A DNA stretch of 64,000 nucleotides from an uncultured Chlamydiales bacterium (lineage in GTDB: Bacteria; Chlamydiota; Chlamydiia; Chlamydiales; JAAKFR01): positions 555,757-619,756 of the forward strand of contig OY969414.1 in assembly GCA_963699155.1 (NCBI GenBank), read 5' to 3'. The notes beneath the pieces are model-generated. The model was given only the letters and a program-made list of their open reading frames with translations, was not told the DNA's origin and did no database searches. This document shows positions 10,069 through 19,088 of this stretch, one piece after another; positions within the stretch are counted from its first letter, which is position 1, and the number at the start of each line of letters is the position of its first letter. Made by a program: the position numbers and the translations under genes.

Positions 10069-11339
10069 AGAGCTTTCAAAAGGTGGGTGCCGACTCGCTC
10101 GGCGAGAACGGTGGGGAGTGTGATCGATCCGTCACCATTCTGGTTGTTTTCGAGGAGGGCGACCATGAGACGGGAGGTGGCGAGACCAGAGCCATTGAGG
10201 GTGTGGACCAGCTCTGGTTTGCCCCCTTTTTCACGGTAGCGAATTTGGGAGCGACGTGACTGGTAGTCGGTGCAGTTGGAGATGGAGGAGACCTCGTAGT
10301 AGCGGTTTTGGCCAGGCAGCCAGACCTCGACATCGACAGTTTTGGCTGCGGTGAAAGACATGTCTCCAGTGACGAGCTTGGCGAGGCGGTAGTGGAGGCC
10401 AAGCCCTTTGAGGATCTCCTCGGCCACATGGATCATCTCTTCGAAGATCTGTGCGCTCTGGTCAGGTTTGGTAAAGCAGAACATCTCGACTTTGTTGAAT
10501 TGATGGACGCGGATGAGACCCCGTTCTTGAGTACCTGCTGCGCCCGCCTCTTTACGGAAACAGGGTGTATAGGCGGCATACTTGATGGGAAGCTGCTCCG
10601 CCTCGAGGATTTCATCGTAGTGAAGGCCATTGAGAACCACTTCTGCGGTTGGAATGAGGTAGAGTGGCTGCTCACGATCGAGGACTTCATAATATTGGCC
10701 ATCGAATTTGGGGATCTGTCCCGAGCCGAACATGACAGGCGGGCGGACCAAGATGGGAGGCAGCCAAAATTCGAAGCCATTGAGTTGCTGAATCTCAATC
10801 AGGTAGTTGAGAAGGGCCCATTCGAGCTTAGCGCCCATCCCGCGATAGGCGGGCCAGCCGCTGCCTGAGGTTTTTGCCGTGCGCTGGAATTCGAAGAGAT
10901 GGTGGATTTCATTCAATTCCACATGATTTTTGAAAGGGAAATTGAAGGTAGGTTTTTCACCCACAGTTTTGATGATGACATTATCGGCGGGAGACTGCGA
11001 CTCTTTCACATCCTCCATCGGGATGTTGGGAATGCGCGAAAGAGCATCGGTGAGGGCAGTTTCGCTGGTGGTGAGCTCCTGGTCGAGCTGAGTGATGCGA
11101 TCGCCGATAGTGCGCACCTGTTCCATCAACTGGTCGGCCGGCTTCCCCGCCCGCTTTAAATCGCCTACCTGCTTTGAGGAGTCGTTCCGCTCCGATTTCA
11201 GCCGCTCCACCTCTGTCTTGATATGACGGACCTTTTCATCAAGTTCCAGCACGGCAGAGAGATCGATCTCGGGCTCTTTTGCACGCAATTTAGCTTCAAT
11301 CCGTTCCCTATCTTTGCGAATTAACTTGATATCGAGCAT
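10065..11339 (-). CDS. serS: Serine--tRNA ligase
   Basis: MLDIKLIR, LIPTAE, CFRKEAG, RVHQFNKVE, HTLNGSGLA. Confidence 0.98.
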   Translation of the reverse strand: MLDIKLIRKDRERIEAKLRAKEPEIDLSAVLELDEKVRHIKTEVERLKSERNDSSKQVGDLKRAGKPADQLMEQVRTIGDRITQLDQELTTSETALTDALSRIPNIPMEDVKESQSPADNVIIKTVGEKPTFNFPFKNHVELNEIHHLFEFQRTAKTSGSGWPAYRGMGAKLEWALLNYLIEIQQLNGFEFWLPPILVRPPVMFGSGQIPKFDGQYYEVLDREQPLYLIPTAEVVLNGLHYDEILEAEQLPIKYAAYTPCFRKEAGAAGTQERGLIRVHQFNKVEMFCFTKPDQSAQIFEEMIHVAEEILKGLGLHYRLAKLVTGDMSFTAAKTVDVEVWLPGQNRYYEVSSISNCTDYQSRRSQIRYREKGGKPELVHTLNGSGLATSRLMVALLENNQNGDGSITLPTVLAERVGTHLLKAL

Positions 11340-11367
11340 CTTAGTCCTCTATTTTATTTGGAATTAT

Positions 11368-12462
11368 ATGAGAGAGACAAAAGAGCAACAACTCTTTTTT
11401 ATGCAGTGGGCCATCCGTTTAGGGGAAAAAGGGCGCACGTCGGCGCCGCCTAATCCCTGGGTTGGCTGCGTGATTGTTAAAGAGGGAGAGATTGTGGGCG
11501 AGGGCTACCATGAGGCTCCTGGTAAGCCTCACGCTGAAAAAATAGCCCTCCAGAAGTCGGGACCCTTGGCAAAAGGGGCCACGGCCTATGTCAGTTTAGA
11601 ACCTTGTCCCCATCAGGGGAGAACCCCTCCATGTACAGACGCTCTTATTGCCGCCGGGATTAAACGTGTTTGCGTGCCGCTGCTCGATCCCGATCCCCAC
11701 GTCTCGGGTAAAGGAATCAAACAGTTAAAAGAGGCGGGCGTCGAAGTGGTGGTCGGCCTAGGCAAGGAGGAGGCTGAGAGGTCACTCCGCCCCTATCTGC
11801 ACCAAAGGCGTTTGCTCCGTCCTTTCTGTGTGATGAAGACAGCGATGAGTATCGATGGCAGAACAGCGGCGCAGGATGGCTCTTCTCAGTGGATCACTGG
11901 TGTTGCTGCAAGGAAAAATGGGCACCAGCTCCGCGCAGAATCGCAGGCCATCATGGTCGGCTCTGCGACAGCTCTCCATGACCTTCCACGATTAGACGTC
12001 AGGGGCATCGAAGTTGCGGTACAGCCCAAACGTGTGTTGATCGATTGGCAAGGAAAAGTGAGCCCCACAGGCCCTTTAGCCGATCTCACGATCGCCAAAA
12101 CAGTTCTCTTTACTCTATCGAAGAGCCATAAAGAGAGTTGGGAAGGGGCCGGAGCAGAGGCCCATCTTTTGGAAAAAAGAGAGCTCAAAACAGTGTTAGA
12201 GATCCTTGGGAAGGAAGGGATTCTTCAGCTGCTTGTAGAAGGGGGGAGTCGCTTGCATAGCGCACTGATGGCAGAGCAGCTCATCGATCAGATGGTCGTC
12301 TATATGGGAAACTGCCTCCTAGGTGATTCTGGGAAGCCCTTGCTGTCTAACTTTGTCGTTCCTTCGATCGTTAAAGCCCCACGCTGGTTCTTGGAGGGGG
12401 TCTATCGCTTCGATAATGATGTCCGATTAGATTTTTTGCCGGCGCGCCATCTCAGCAAATAG
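11368..12462 (+). CDS. ribD: Riboflavin biosynthesis deaminase/reductase
   Basis: PNPWVG, HAE, EPCPHQGRTPPC, SQWIT, VEGG; start moved to ATG 11368. Confidence 0.95.
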   Translation: MRETKEQQLFFMQWAIRLGEKGRTSAPPNPWVGCVIVKEGEIVGEGYHEAPGKPHAEKIALQKSGPLAKGATAYVSLEPCPHQGRTPPCTDALIAAGIKRVCVPLLDPDPHVSGKGIKQLKEAGVEVVVGLGKEEAERSLRPYLHQRRLLRPFCVMKTAMSIDGRTAAQDGSSQWITGVAARKNGHQLRAESQAIMVGSATALHDLPRLDVRGIEVAVQPKRVLIDWQGKVSPTGPLADLTIAKTVLFTLSKSHKESWEGAGAEAHLLEKRELKTVLEILGKEGILQLLVEGGSRLHSALMAEQLIDQMVVYMGNCLLGDSGKPLLSNFVVPSIVKAPRWFLEGVYRFDNDVRLDFLPARHLSK

Positions 12463-14637
12463 ACCGGACCGCTTGAGAAGCTCATCAAAGGTTCCCTCCT
12501 CGGTGATGACGCCTCGGTTCAGCAGATAGATGCGAGTGCACAGTTTCACTGTGTTGAGGCGGTGAGCGATCACCACGCGGCTGACGTGAAGCTCCTCAAT
12601 ATTTCTGCTGATCTGTTTCTGCGTGCGATTATCGAGTGCGCTCATCGCTTCATCGAAAAGCAAGATCTTCGGATTTGAGATCAGCGCTCTAGCGATCAAG
12701 AGGCGCTGCTTTTGTCCCCCAGATAGAGTCTCTCCACCGCTTGAGAGAAGCGTATGGAGCCCCATCGGAAACTTTTTTAGGTCATTGTCAAATGCTGCCA
12801 GATGAATGGCCTTTTCGACCTGCTCCTGGCTGTAGATCCCCCCACAGACCAGATTTTCATAAATAGTCCCTGCGAGGAGAGAGCCATTTTGCAGGACCAC
12901 GCCCAGTTGACGTCTGACTGAACGGAGATCGAGATGAGCCAGATCGGTGCCATCATAAGAGATAGTTCCCGTTTCAGGCTGCTCAAAGCCGAGAAGGAGG
13001 CGAATCAGGGTCGATTTTCCACTTCCCGAAGGGCCGACGATCCCGACAAATTCTCCCGCCTTCACAGAGAATGAGACATTGTGGAGAACATAGGGAGATT
13101 TGGTATCGTAGCGGAAAACGATCTGTTCTACTGCTAGATTTCCTTCTAGTGGGCCAGCCTCCCGCTTGCGAGGATCCACCTCGGGAGGTTCTTCAAAAAT
13201 GACGGCACCACGGATCCAAACGGGCTTGAGGACTTTGTAGAGATAGGAAACGGCAGGAATCGAGGTGATGATGGCGGCACTAAAGAAGCTGAAGGCGGTG
13301 ACAAATCCAAAAAAATCGCCTGCAGACAAAATTTTGTGAAAGGTGGGCATGCTTCCTTTGGACTGGTCCACAAAATTGATTACAACACTGAAAATGACGA
13401 AGGTAGACAAAATCGGAATCATCGAGAAAGTTGTTTCTATGGCGCTGTTGTAATATTGATTCTTGAGGTCATTTTTTTTGGCCTCCGCATAGAGTTGTGC
13501 CCAATGGGAAAAGGCTCTCTTCTCTGCACCAGAGACCCGAATTTTGGCGATGCCTGCGATCAGTTGCACGATGAAACCGTTGATTTTGCCTTTGATCTCA
13601 TAGGAGGCTCTCTGAAAGCCGACAATCCGATTTTGGCAAAAGAAATAGATGACTAGGCTCAAAGCGATGACCAAGATAGCAGCCATTGAGAGCGCAGGAC
13701 TAAACAGCACCATCACGATGAGGTAAAAAATTGAAAAACAGAGATTGAGTAAAAGAGAGACATAGTAGTTATTAAAGGCACGACGTGCGGTCACAAAGCC
13801 GTTAACGCGAGAGAAAAGATCGCCCACTGTAAAGCGTTTAAAGAAGCGGATAGGTAGTTTCAGCAGACGATCCCAGACGGCCGCCTCTAAGCGGTTTCCT
13901 GCAAGAGAGGTGATGCGGAAAACAAGAAATCCCTGGGTGAGTTGGTAGATCGCGGTGCTGAGAGCTGCTATCAAAAGAGCGATGCCCAATTGCACTAGAG
14001 CTTTTTCATTGAGGTCGGGGATCACCTTGCCGAAGATAAACTTACTACTGAATGGTAAAACAATGTTGAGAAGTGCGACGAGAGCGCCGATGAAAAAGAC
14101 AAAGGCGACCTTTTTGCCTTTTCCGAAGAAGGAAAATTTCATCGCATCTTTCCTCGTCAGCTTTTCGCTGGGAAATGAGCCATAAAATTCAAAACCTACC
14201 GGGGATATTTGTGCTGCGAGAGTAGCATCGACTTTTTGCTCTTTGCGATTGACTGGGTCAACGAGTGCATATCCTCCTCGATCGGTCCAAAGAAGAGCGA
14301 CTGGCTGGTGACGGGGACCTAAAAAGCCGATACAGTGTCCTCCATCTTCGAGATACCATTCTTCTTCCAAAGCAATCTGTCGATAACGGACCCCGGATGA
14401 CTCACAGATCGCGCGAATGCGGTCGGTAATATTGACGGAGCAGCTCTCCTCTTTAGGCTCTGTGAAAGGAATTTTGAGCGCCTGTCCTACAACAGTGCAG
14501 GCGAGAAAAAGAGGATCTTGTAAGAGTGATTCGGCACTGCCTTCTTCTTGAAGAAGCGAAGCGAGGGCCGCAAAGGACTCTGAGAGTGCTTTTTCTTCGA
14601 GGCGCTCTTTTTGAGTGATCTGATCTTTCTCAGCCAT
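12427..14637 (-). CDS. NHLP bacteriocin-system ABC transporter, permease/ATP-binding subunit
   Basis: DPLFLAC..VG.AL and SGVRYRQIAL..W..ED.G...PVALL N-terminal domain; TMD; GPSGSGKST, LSGGQKQR, LLFDEA; TGATG coupling to the upstream gene. Confidence 0.9.
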   Translation of the reverse strand: MAEKDQITQKERLEEKALSESFAALASLLQEEGSAESLLQDPLFLACTVVGQALKIPFTEPKEESCSVNITDRIRAICESSGVRYRQIALEEEWYLEDGGHCIGFLGPRHQPVALLWTDRGGYALVDPVNRKEQKVDATLAAQISPVGFEFYGSFPSEKLTRKDAMKFSFFGKGKKVAFVFFIGALVALLNIVLPFSSKFIFGKVIPDLNEKALVQLGIALLIAALSTAIYQLTQGFLVFRITSLAGNRLEAAVWDRLLKLPIRFFKRFTVGDLFSRVNGFVTARRAFNNYYVSLLLNLCFSIFYLIVMVLFSPALSMAAILVIALSLVIYFFCQNRIVGFQRASYEIKGKINGFIVQLIAGIAKIRVSGAEKRAFSHWAQLYAEAKKNDLKNQYYNSAIETTFSMIPILSTFVIFSVVINFVDQSKGSMPTFHKILSAGDFFGFVTAFSFFSAAIITSIPAVSYLYKVLKPVWIRGAVIFEEPPEVDPRKREAGPLEGNLAVEQIVFRYDTKSPYVLHNVSFSVKAGEFVGIVGPSGSGKSTLIRLLLGFEQPETGTISYDGTDLAHLDLRSVRRQLGVVLQNGSLLAGTIYENLVCGGIYSQEQVEKAIHLAAFDNDLKKFPMGLHTLLSSGGETLSGGQKQRLLIARALISNPKILLFDEAMSALDNRTQKQISRNIEELHVSRVVIAHRLNTVKLCTRIYLLNRGVITEEGTFDELLKRSGLFAEMARRQKI

Positions 14638-16790
14638 CAGGTGAGAGCCTCCTCGCTTTTCATCAGCTCTTGGTAGAGAGGGCATCTCTCTTTAAGCTCT
14701 GCATGTTTGCCACGATCGATCACTTTTCCCTCATCGAGAACAATGATCTCTTCGCAATCACGAATGGTGCTGAGACGATGGGAAATGATCAGGCTCGAGC
14801 ACCCTCGGAGCTTAATTTTTTGCAAAATTCTCTCTTCGGTATCGCTATCGAGAGAGCTTGTCGCTTCATCTAGGATAATGATGGAGGGATTCATGGCGAG
14901 AACGCGCGCGATTTCTAAAAGCTGACGCTGGCCACCACTAAAATTGGGTCCTCCCTCTAAAACGGGGCCGTCGTAGGCTTGTTCTCGACGGATGATTTCC
15001 TGATGGATCGTGGCATCGACGGCGCCCTGGATAATCTGCTCCTCAGGTAGAGAGCCATCCCAGAGTGTCAGATTATCGCGGATAGAGCCTTCAAAGAGAA
15101 AAATTTGCTGGTCCACCGAAGCCAGCGAGCCATTGATGATCCGCCGATCGATCTGCTCTGCCGGCCTCTCGTCGAATAGAATCTCTCCCTTCCAGGGATG
15201 GTAGAGACCCGTGATTAGCCGTCCAATAGTCGTTTTGCCGCAGCCTGAGGGGCCGACAAGAGCGATCGATTCTCCCGGTTTGAGATGGAGGTAGAGATTC
15301 TCGATCAGGGGAGCCGCCAATCGGCTATATCCGAAAGTTACAGCCTTCAGCTCAACTTCTCCTTTCAGTTTATCGATTGACCTTGATACCGTTTGTTGGT
15401 CGGTCAGCATCTGATCTACTGGGTAAGAAAGCACATCGTCGATGCGGTAGAGGCCCCCTTTGACATTTTGAATTTTTTGACCGAGATAGACAAAGCGCGA
15501 GATGGGGCGCAAAAAAATGTACATCAGAGTGAGGAGGCCCAGAAGCATCCCTAGACTCATTTTCCCTTCGATCACACGCGTGCCGCCTACTGTCAATACC
15601 ACTGCCGCTGCAACATATTGAGTGAAGGGTGGAAGGACGGTTAACCAGATATCCAATTTGCCGATCTGCTGCATGGAGTGAACTGTCTTGGAGAGGTAGC
15701 CAGCCCAACGGGCAAAGAAATCAGATTCGGCAGCGACCGCTTTGAGACTTTCGATATTTTGCAATCCTCCGATCGACATGCCCACCCTCTTCCCCATATC
15801 TTGCTGGAGCCGAATATTGGCATCGGTGCGCACGCGCCAGAGCCAAAACATCACCACGAGGTTGATGATTGCGGCAGCGATCCCAATGAAAGCGATGAGA
15901 GGATCATAGAAAAAGATAAGAGCGCCATAGGCGACGATGAGCAGAAGGTTGATCCAGGCCACTGCTAGATCTTGTGTCAGGGTAGTAATGACATTATCGT
16001 TGATTTGCAAGCGATAGCCGATCTCTCCACCATAGCGCTGGGCGTAGAACTCGATAGGTAAACGGAGAATATGCCAGAGGAAGCGGCTTGAGAGGCGAAT
16101 GCTCAACTTGCCATTGAGTCTAGCTAGATAATAGCCTTGGAGCGCCGTCAAAATCGCTGTCAGCGCCATAATAAAAAGAAGCCCCAGAAGAAATGCAGGG
16201 GCGGTGGAGGTGAGTCTTTTGACTAAGATCTCGTCGACAAAAAATTGGGTGAATGTGGGAAGGGCAATGCCAGGAACAAGGAGGAAGAGGCTGGCGAGAA
16301 AGAGGTAGCTTAAGGGGGCTCCACATCCTTCAAACCTTTTAAAAATCATTTGGAGGAAATGTTCTCCTGCGCCCCCTTGATGAAACTCAGGGCCCGGCTT
16401 GGCAACAATCAATGTGCCACTAAAATGGCTTGAAGCATCGCTCCAGCTGATTTTACGTGGACCTTGCGCCGGATCATTCACATAGAGATATTTATCTGAA
16501 AACCCTTCGACCACAAGGTATTGATGGAGATCCCAACTGATGAGGAAGGGAGCCTGGAATTTTTGGAGCTCTTCCAATGGCACTTTCTTCAAACTGGCTT
16601 CTAGACCATATCTTGTCGCTGCTTCGACAATATTCTCTGCACGGCTTCCATCTCTTGAGATACTGCAGGCGAGGCGCAACTCTTCTAGAGTTACATAACG
16701 ACCAAAATAGCCCAGAATCATGCCGAGCGCCGCTGCTCCCGATTCGATCGATTCCATCTGGATCATCGTTGGAGTGCGCGCCCGCTTCAT
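14637..16790 (-). CDS. NHLP bacteriocin-system ABC transporter, C39(-like) peptidase/permease/ATP-binding subunit with degenerate catalytic residues
   Basis: RTPTMIQMESIESGAAAL...RLACSISRDGS...NDPAQGPR C39 fold; TMD; GPSGCGKT, FSGGQRQ, ILDEATS. Confidence 0.92.
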   Translation of the reverse strand: MKRARTPTMIQMESIESGAAALGMILGYFGRYVTLEELRLACSISRDGSRAENIVEAATRYGLEASLKKVPLEELQKFQAPFLISWDLHQYLVVEGFSDKYLYVNDPAQGPRKISWSDASSHFSGTLIVAKPGPEFHQGGAGEHFLQMIFKRFEGCGAPLSYLFLASLFLLVPGIALPTFTQFFVDEILVKRLTSTAPAFLLGLLFIMALTAILTALQGYYLARLNGKLSIRLSSRFLWHILRLPIEFYAQRYGGEIGYRLQINDNVITTLTQDLAVAWINLLLIVAYGALIFFYDPLIAFIGIAAAIINLVVMFWLWRVRTDANIRLQQDMGKRVGMSIGGLQNIESLKAVAAESDFFARWAGYLSKTVHSMQQIGKLDIWLTVLPPFTQYVAAAVVLTVGGTRVIEGKMSLGMLLGLLTLMYIFLRPISRFVYLGQKIQNVKGGLYRIDDVLSYPVDQMLTDQQTVSRSIDKLKGEVELKAVTFGYSRLAAPLIENLYLHLKPGESIALVGPSGCGKTTIGRLITGLYHPWKGEILFDERPAEQIDRRIINGSLASVDQQIFLFEGSIRDNLTLWDGSLPEEQIIQGAVDATIHQEIIRREQAYDGPVLEGGPNFSGGQRQLLEIARVLAMNPSIIILDEATSSLDSDTEERILQKIKLRGCSSLIISHRLSTIRDCEEIIVLDEGKVIDRGKHAELKERCPLYQELMKSEEALT

Positions 16791-17602
16791 CAGGGATTCA
16801 TTCTCCAGATGGGGGTCACATAGGAGATCGGGGCCCGTGCATTCAAAACGAAAAGGGCTGTTCCTACATTTTGAGGGGGAATCGGCTCAGGTGGCCCCAA
16901 ACCAGACGTCCATTTCAACCCGCTTGCCGTATGGGCATCTTTCAACGGTTCTATCGCCACGATCATGGTGGGCTGATTTTCTGTAAAATAGTCGATGAGC
17001 GCCGGGTTACCCAGCAAATTGAGCAACTCATTTCTGGAGGCCACATAGGGAGAAACAGACTTAACAATGGCCTCGACGGAGCCATATTTTTGTGCATTCA
17101 CCCCTTCCGGTTTGATATAGACCTTCGTTCCACTCTTGATGTCGCTGCCCCTTTCAATCGGGATAAAGGCAAAGAAGAGAAAATTCCCTTCGCCTCTCTG
17201 GATTAACAATAAAGGATCGCCCGCATCGATGTGTGAACCAACCGTCGCATAGAAATCGACGACTTTACCCTTATGACTCGCCTTAGCTACCCACTTTTTT
17301 TCCTCTTGAGCAGTTACGGTGAGCAGTTCTTGCCCAGGCTCAACAGTGCTATTAACCGCTACACGCGCTTCCGTCACACTCCCCGCAATTTGACTCCGTA
17401 CGATTTCAAACCCTTGCTCATTCAAGAAGATCGTCTTTGTCTCATAAGTATTCGGAATCACCCCAAAGAAGGCCCAAATGACCAACCCCAAAACCAGCAT
17501 CCCTGTCAGCGCAAGCGCGATCCATCCCTTCGACCCCACCACAATCAGCCGCTTATCCAGCTCCTCAGGCGAGGTGACTTTTTCGAAAGCCTTCGTCTCC
17601 AT
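16790..17602 (-). CDS. NHLP-system secretion (HlyD-like membrane fusion) protein, short form
   Basis: KAFEKVTSPEELD, single TM, lipoyl halves, YGSVEAIVKSVSPY, SGLKWTSGLGPP; start set at ATG 17602 after a G-rich RBS. Confidence 0.88.
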   Translation of the reverse strand: METKAFEKVTSPEELDKRLIVVGSKGWIALALTGMLVLGLVIWAFFGVIPNTYETKTIFLNEQGFEIVRSQIAGSVTEARVAVNSTVEPGQELLTVTAQEEKKWVAKASHKGKVVDFYATVGSHIDAGDPLLLIQRGEGNFLFFAFIPIERGSDIKSGTKVYIKPEGVNAQKYGSVEAIVKSVSPYVASRNELLNLLGNPALIDYFTENQPTMIVAIEPLKDAHTASGLKWTSGLGPPEPIPPQNVGTALFVLNARAPISYVTPIWRMNP

Positions 17603-17694
17603 CCCCCTTTCTATAATCGGAATCTTAAATGGAGGCAATGGCTCCTCGTTTTCTTCTCTTGATCAAAACTTAATATGCTCGTAAGATGGTGCTT

Positions 17695-19077
17695 ATGGCT
17701 TTTGAAAAGGCTAGTTCTGTTATCCCTTCGCAAGAAGGGTTTCTACGAGTGATTCAGCCTGAAGTAGCACCTCAAGCAATTCCTGTGAGCCCGTCCGATC
17801 TCTTTCAGGGGCTTGAGCCTATGCTCAAAGCCCACCTATTTTCCTTTATACCTGTCGGTGCGTTGTTTAGGAGCATGCTCGTCTCGACTCATTGGAGGAC
17901 CCTTCTCATTTCTCTCCCAGATAGGCATAACAAATTTAAACTGCTTGTGGGGATTTTAAAAGAGGCGAAAGCCCTGTTGCAGAAAGTTTCTGACGCGAGT
18001 CATTACTATTTCCGCTTTTTAAGATTGGAAATGTTGGTGGACAAAGTACAAGCACAGCAAACAGTATGCACGAAAGTACCCATCTTGGATGCAGTGTCGA
18101 CTCCAGGTGGAGCGTTGGCATATCATCGCCAGCTTCTATCAATCGTTTTTGAACTAGATCCCGCACTGGTTCATTCTTCTGACCTAACTGATTTTAAGGA
18201 ACTGATTTGGGTACTTCAGCAAAAGGAGGCTCCAAAAAGAGATGCCATTTTGCAAAGAGAGGTTAGGCTTGCACTCTCCTTTTCCCATCCACATCAGCTT
18301 TTAGGGGTGTTAGAAGTTGCCAGGGAGCTGCTAGATCCTGAAGTTGTAAAAGAGCTTTTGCATCGAGCGAAAGAGGAAACTCTGCATATTTTTGATCCAT
18401 CTAGTAGAAAACATCATCTTTTACGAGCAGTTGAATTAAGCCTTGTGCTTGATTCCGATCAGGTGACTTTTGCAGAGACAAAAGCTTTTTTAGCCAGAGA
18501 GTCAGACCTTGAGTGGCAAGCCCTAGGGCGCTTGCGGGTGGCAAAAAGAGAGCTAAAACAAAATCTTCATCAACCAGAGCAATGTAAAAAAATTGTTCAG
18601 ATGACCCTCACTGAGATTTTGCCACATCTAAAAACGCACCAAGTTGAAATTATTGAAATGATGGCGAGCTTCGATTGGAAAATGGCGCTCGAATCAATGC
18701 CAATCGTTCACAATCCACTAGAAGCTCAAATTGCTTTGGAAGCTATTTTCCTAAAAGTGGCCAGAGAAGATTTCGCTGCGTTCACATCTGGAATCCCGGC
18801 AGCAAGTGCCAAGCGGATCACTCAATTCTTAGGCTGGCTAGCGATTGCTAAAAGAGAACTGGAGTTAGCTCTTCCAAGTGCGCAAGCCTCACTTCAAAAG
18901 GCGCTCTTATTACAAGAGGGAGCGCCTAAACAATCTCATGATTTCATGTTTCACAGAATCTCTGGCGTAGAGGCCTATTTTAGCATCGAAAGTTCTCTCG
19001 CCACTGCAAAAAAGATTGAAGACCAGCATCTGCGCTTAGATGCCCTCCTTAACCTCGCTCAGCTAATTGCTGAGTAA
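17695..19077 (+). CDS. F-box-like domain protein, paralog 1
   Basis: FQGLEPMLKAHLFSFIPVGALFRSMLVSTHWRTLL; shares GWLAIAKRE and LRLDALL..AQLIA with paralogs 2-5. Confidence 0.75.
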   Translation: MAFEKASSVIPSQEGFLRVIQPEVAPQAIPVSPSDLFQGLEPMLKAHLFSFIPVGALFRSMLVSTHWRTLLISLPDRHNKFKLLVGILKEAKALLQKVSDASHYYFRFLRLEMLVDKVQAQQTVCTKVPILDAVSTPGGALAYHRQLLSIVFELDPALVHSSDLTDFKELIWVLQQKEAPKRDAILQREVRLALSFSHPHQLLGVLEVARELLDPEVVKELLHRAKEETLHIFDPSSRKHHLLRAVELSLVLDSDQVTFAETKAFLARESDLEWQALGRLRVAKRELKQNLHQPEQCKKIVQMTLTEILPHLKTHQVEIIEMMASFDWKMALESMPIVHNPLEAQIALEAIFLKVAREDFAAFTSGIPAASAKRITQFLGWLAIAKRELELALPSAQASLQKALLLQEGAPKQSHDFMFHRISGVEAYFSIESSLATAKKIEDQHLRLDALLNLAQLIAE

Positions 19078-19088
19078 AATTTTAGATA

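Noticed and set aside
11340..11367. FMN riboswitch before ribD (or before ribBA at 25521-25571)
   Set aside because: Intergenic gaps are only 28 and 51 bp and show no RFN motifs.
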